Source of the DNA: Amoebidium appalachense
Taxonomy: Eukaryota > Protista > Ichthyosporea
Assembly: GCA_963693365.1 (NCBI GenBank)
Contig: CAVNZM010000005.1
Coordinates: 7,634,710 to 7,698,709 of the forward strand
DNA length: 64,000 nucleotides
Reading direction: 5' to 3'
In this document: positions 63,191 to 64,000 of the stretch, piece by piece
How positions within the stretch are numbered: position 1 is the first letter of the stretch
Layout: every line of letters starts with the position of its first letter
Notes under the pieces: model-generated
Database searches by the model: none
What the model saw: the letters and a program-made list of their open reading frames with translations, nothing else
Told to the model about the DNA's origin: nothing
Translations under genes and position numbers: made by a program

Positions 63191-63610
63191 ACGCTATTCT
63201 TAGTATCCTACACGCTATTCTTGGTATCCTACACACTATTCTTGGTATCTTACACACTATTCTTGGTATCCTACACGCTATTCTTAGTATCCTACACGCT
63301 ATTCTTAGCATCCTACACGCTATTCTTAGTATCCTACACACTATTCTTCGTATCCTACACGATATTCTTAGTGTCCTACACGCTAATCTTAGTATCCTAC
63401 ATGCTATTCTTAGTCAGGGCCTACCCGCTATGATTAGTATTCTACACGCTATTCTATGCTATTCTTAGTATCCTACATGCTATTCTAAGTCAGGGCCTAC
63501 GCGCTATTCTTAGTAATCTACACGCTATTCTTATGGTATTCTTAGTATCCTACATGCTATTCTAGAATCCTACACGCTTATTCTCAGTATCCTGCATGCT
63601 ATTCTTAGTG
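63191..63610. repeat. 21-bp minisatellite (ACGCTATTCTTAGTATCCTAC), ~20 units, abutting the stum acceptor
   Basis: Direct reading. Units are near-perfect at the exon-proximal end and decay distally. Confidence 0.95.
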
Positions 63611-63719
63611 CTACAACTGTTATCTATTGCTCTCTGATCTCCGATGAAAATCAAATATGAAATATCCGAATCTGCGTTTCTAGGCATTGCTCCCCCTGTG
63701 TGTGTGTGTGTGTCTGTGT

Positions 63720-63803
<84 letters not shown>

Positions 63804-64000
63804 ACGTGTGCGCATGTGCACAAGTGTGTGTGTGCATGTATGTCTCTGTGTGTGCCTGTGGTGGACAAGTGGCACACACGCATCATCCTGCATGATGTCC
63901 AGTGTGCCCAACCACCCACCCGACAACCTTTAACGTCGCCCACTATAATCATACCGAAAGCATTAAAGGAAACTCACCAAACCATTTGACGGTTTGCTTT

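Noticed and set aside
63187-63468. ORFs with ILSILHA / RILRIAC / FLVSYTL heptad repeats
   Set aside because: By-product of the 21-bp minisatellite. None is in the stum exon frame.
63610-64000. First exon(s) of the stum gene
   Set aside because: Candidate donors and acceptors (ATGGTTTG|gtgagt near 63985, cacag|GGGGAG near 63695) did not give a stop-free, phase-consistent chain, so no coordinates were called.

Overview
Eukaryotic genomic DNA, very intron-rich, most likely from a unicellular opisthokont or holozoan. The taxon is an inference from the animal-like gene set and is not verified. Almost all ORFs in the supplied track are artefacts of (CA)n/(TG)n, (GA)n and poly-G/poly-C tracts that fill the introns. 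Manual splice reconstruction (GT-AG, phase-checked) gives six protein-coding genes: an FBXO31-like F-box gene (-, runs off the left edge), an 18-exon coiled-coil protein with two UVR-like motifs (+), an ATF4/CYS-3-like bZIP factor (-) with a uORF-packed upstream region, an 18-exon SERAC1 (+), ADI1 (+), and a stum/SPEC3-family membrane protein (-, 5' end unresolved). The ~27-36 kb interval has no intact gene. It holds a 30-bp minisatellite, a decayed intronless F-box/RNI-LRR relic and a MITE, with many short palindromic or duplicative micro-insertions. Most notable: (1) many acceptors replace the polypyrimidine tract with (CA)n, often carry an ACGTAC interruption just before the AG, and often face a complementary (TG)n or poly-G 5' half; (2) an intronic hairpin encloses a stop-containing decoy exon; (3) tandem repeats are seeded at exon borders; (4) the micro-insertion decay process; (5) three frame or phase breaks at G-runs, probably assembly errors.
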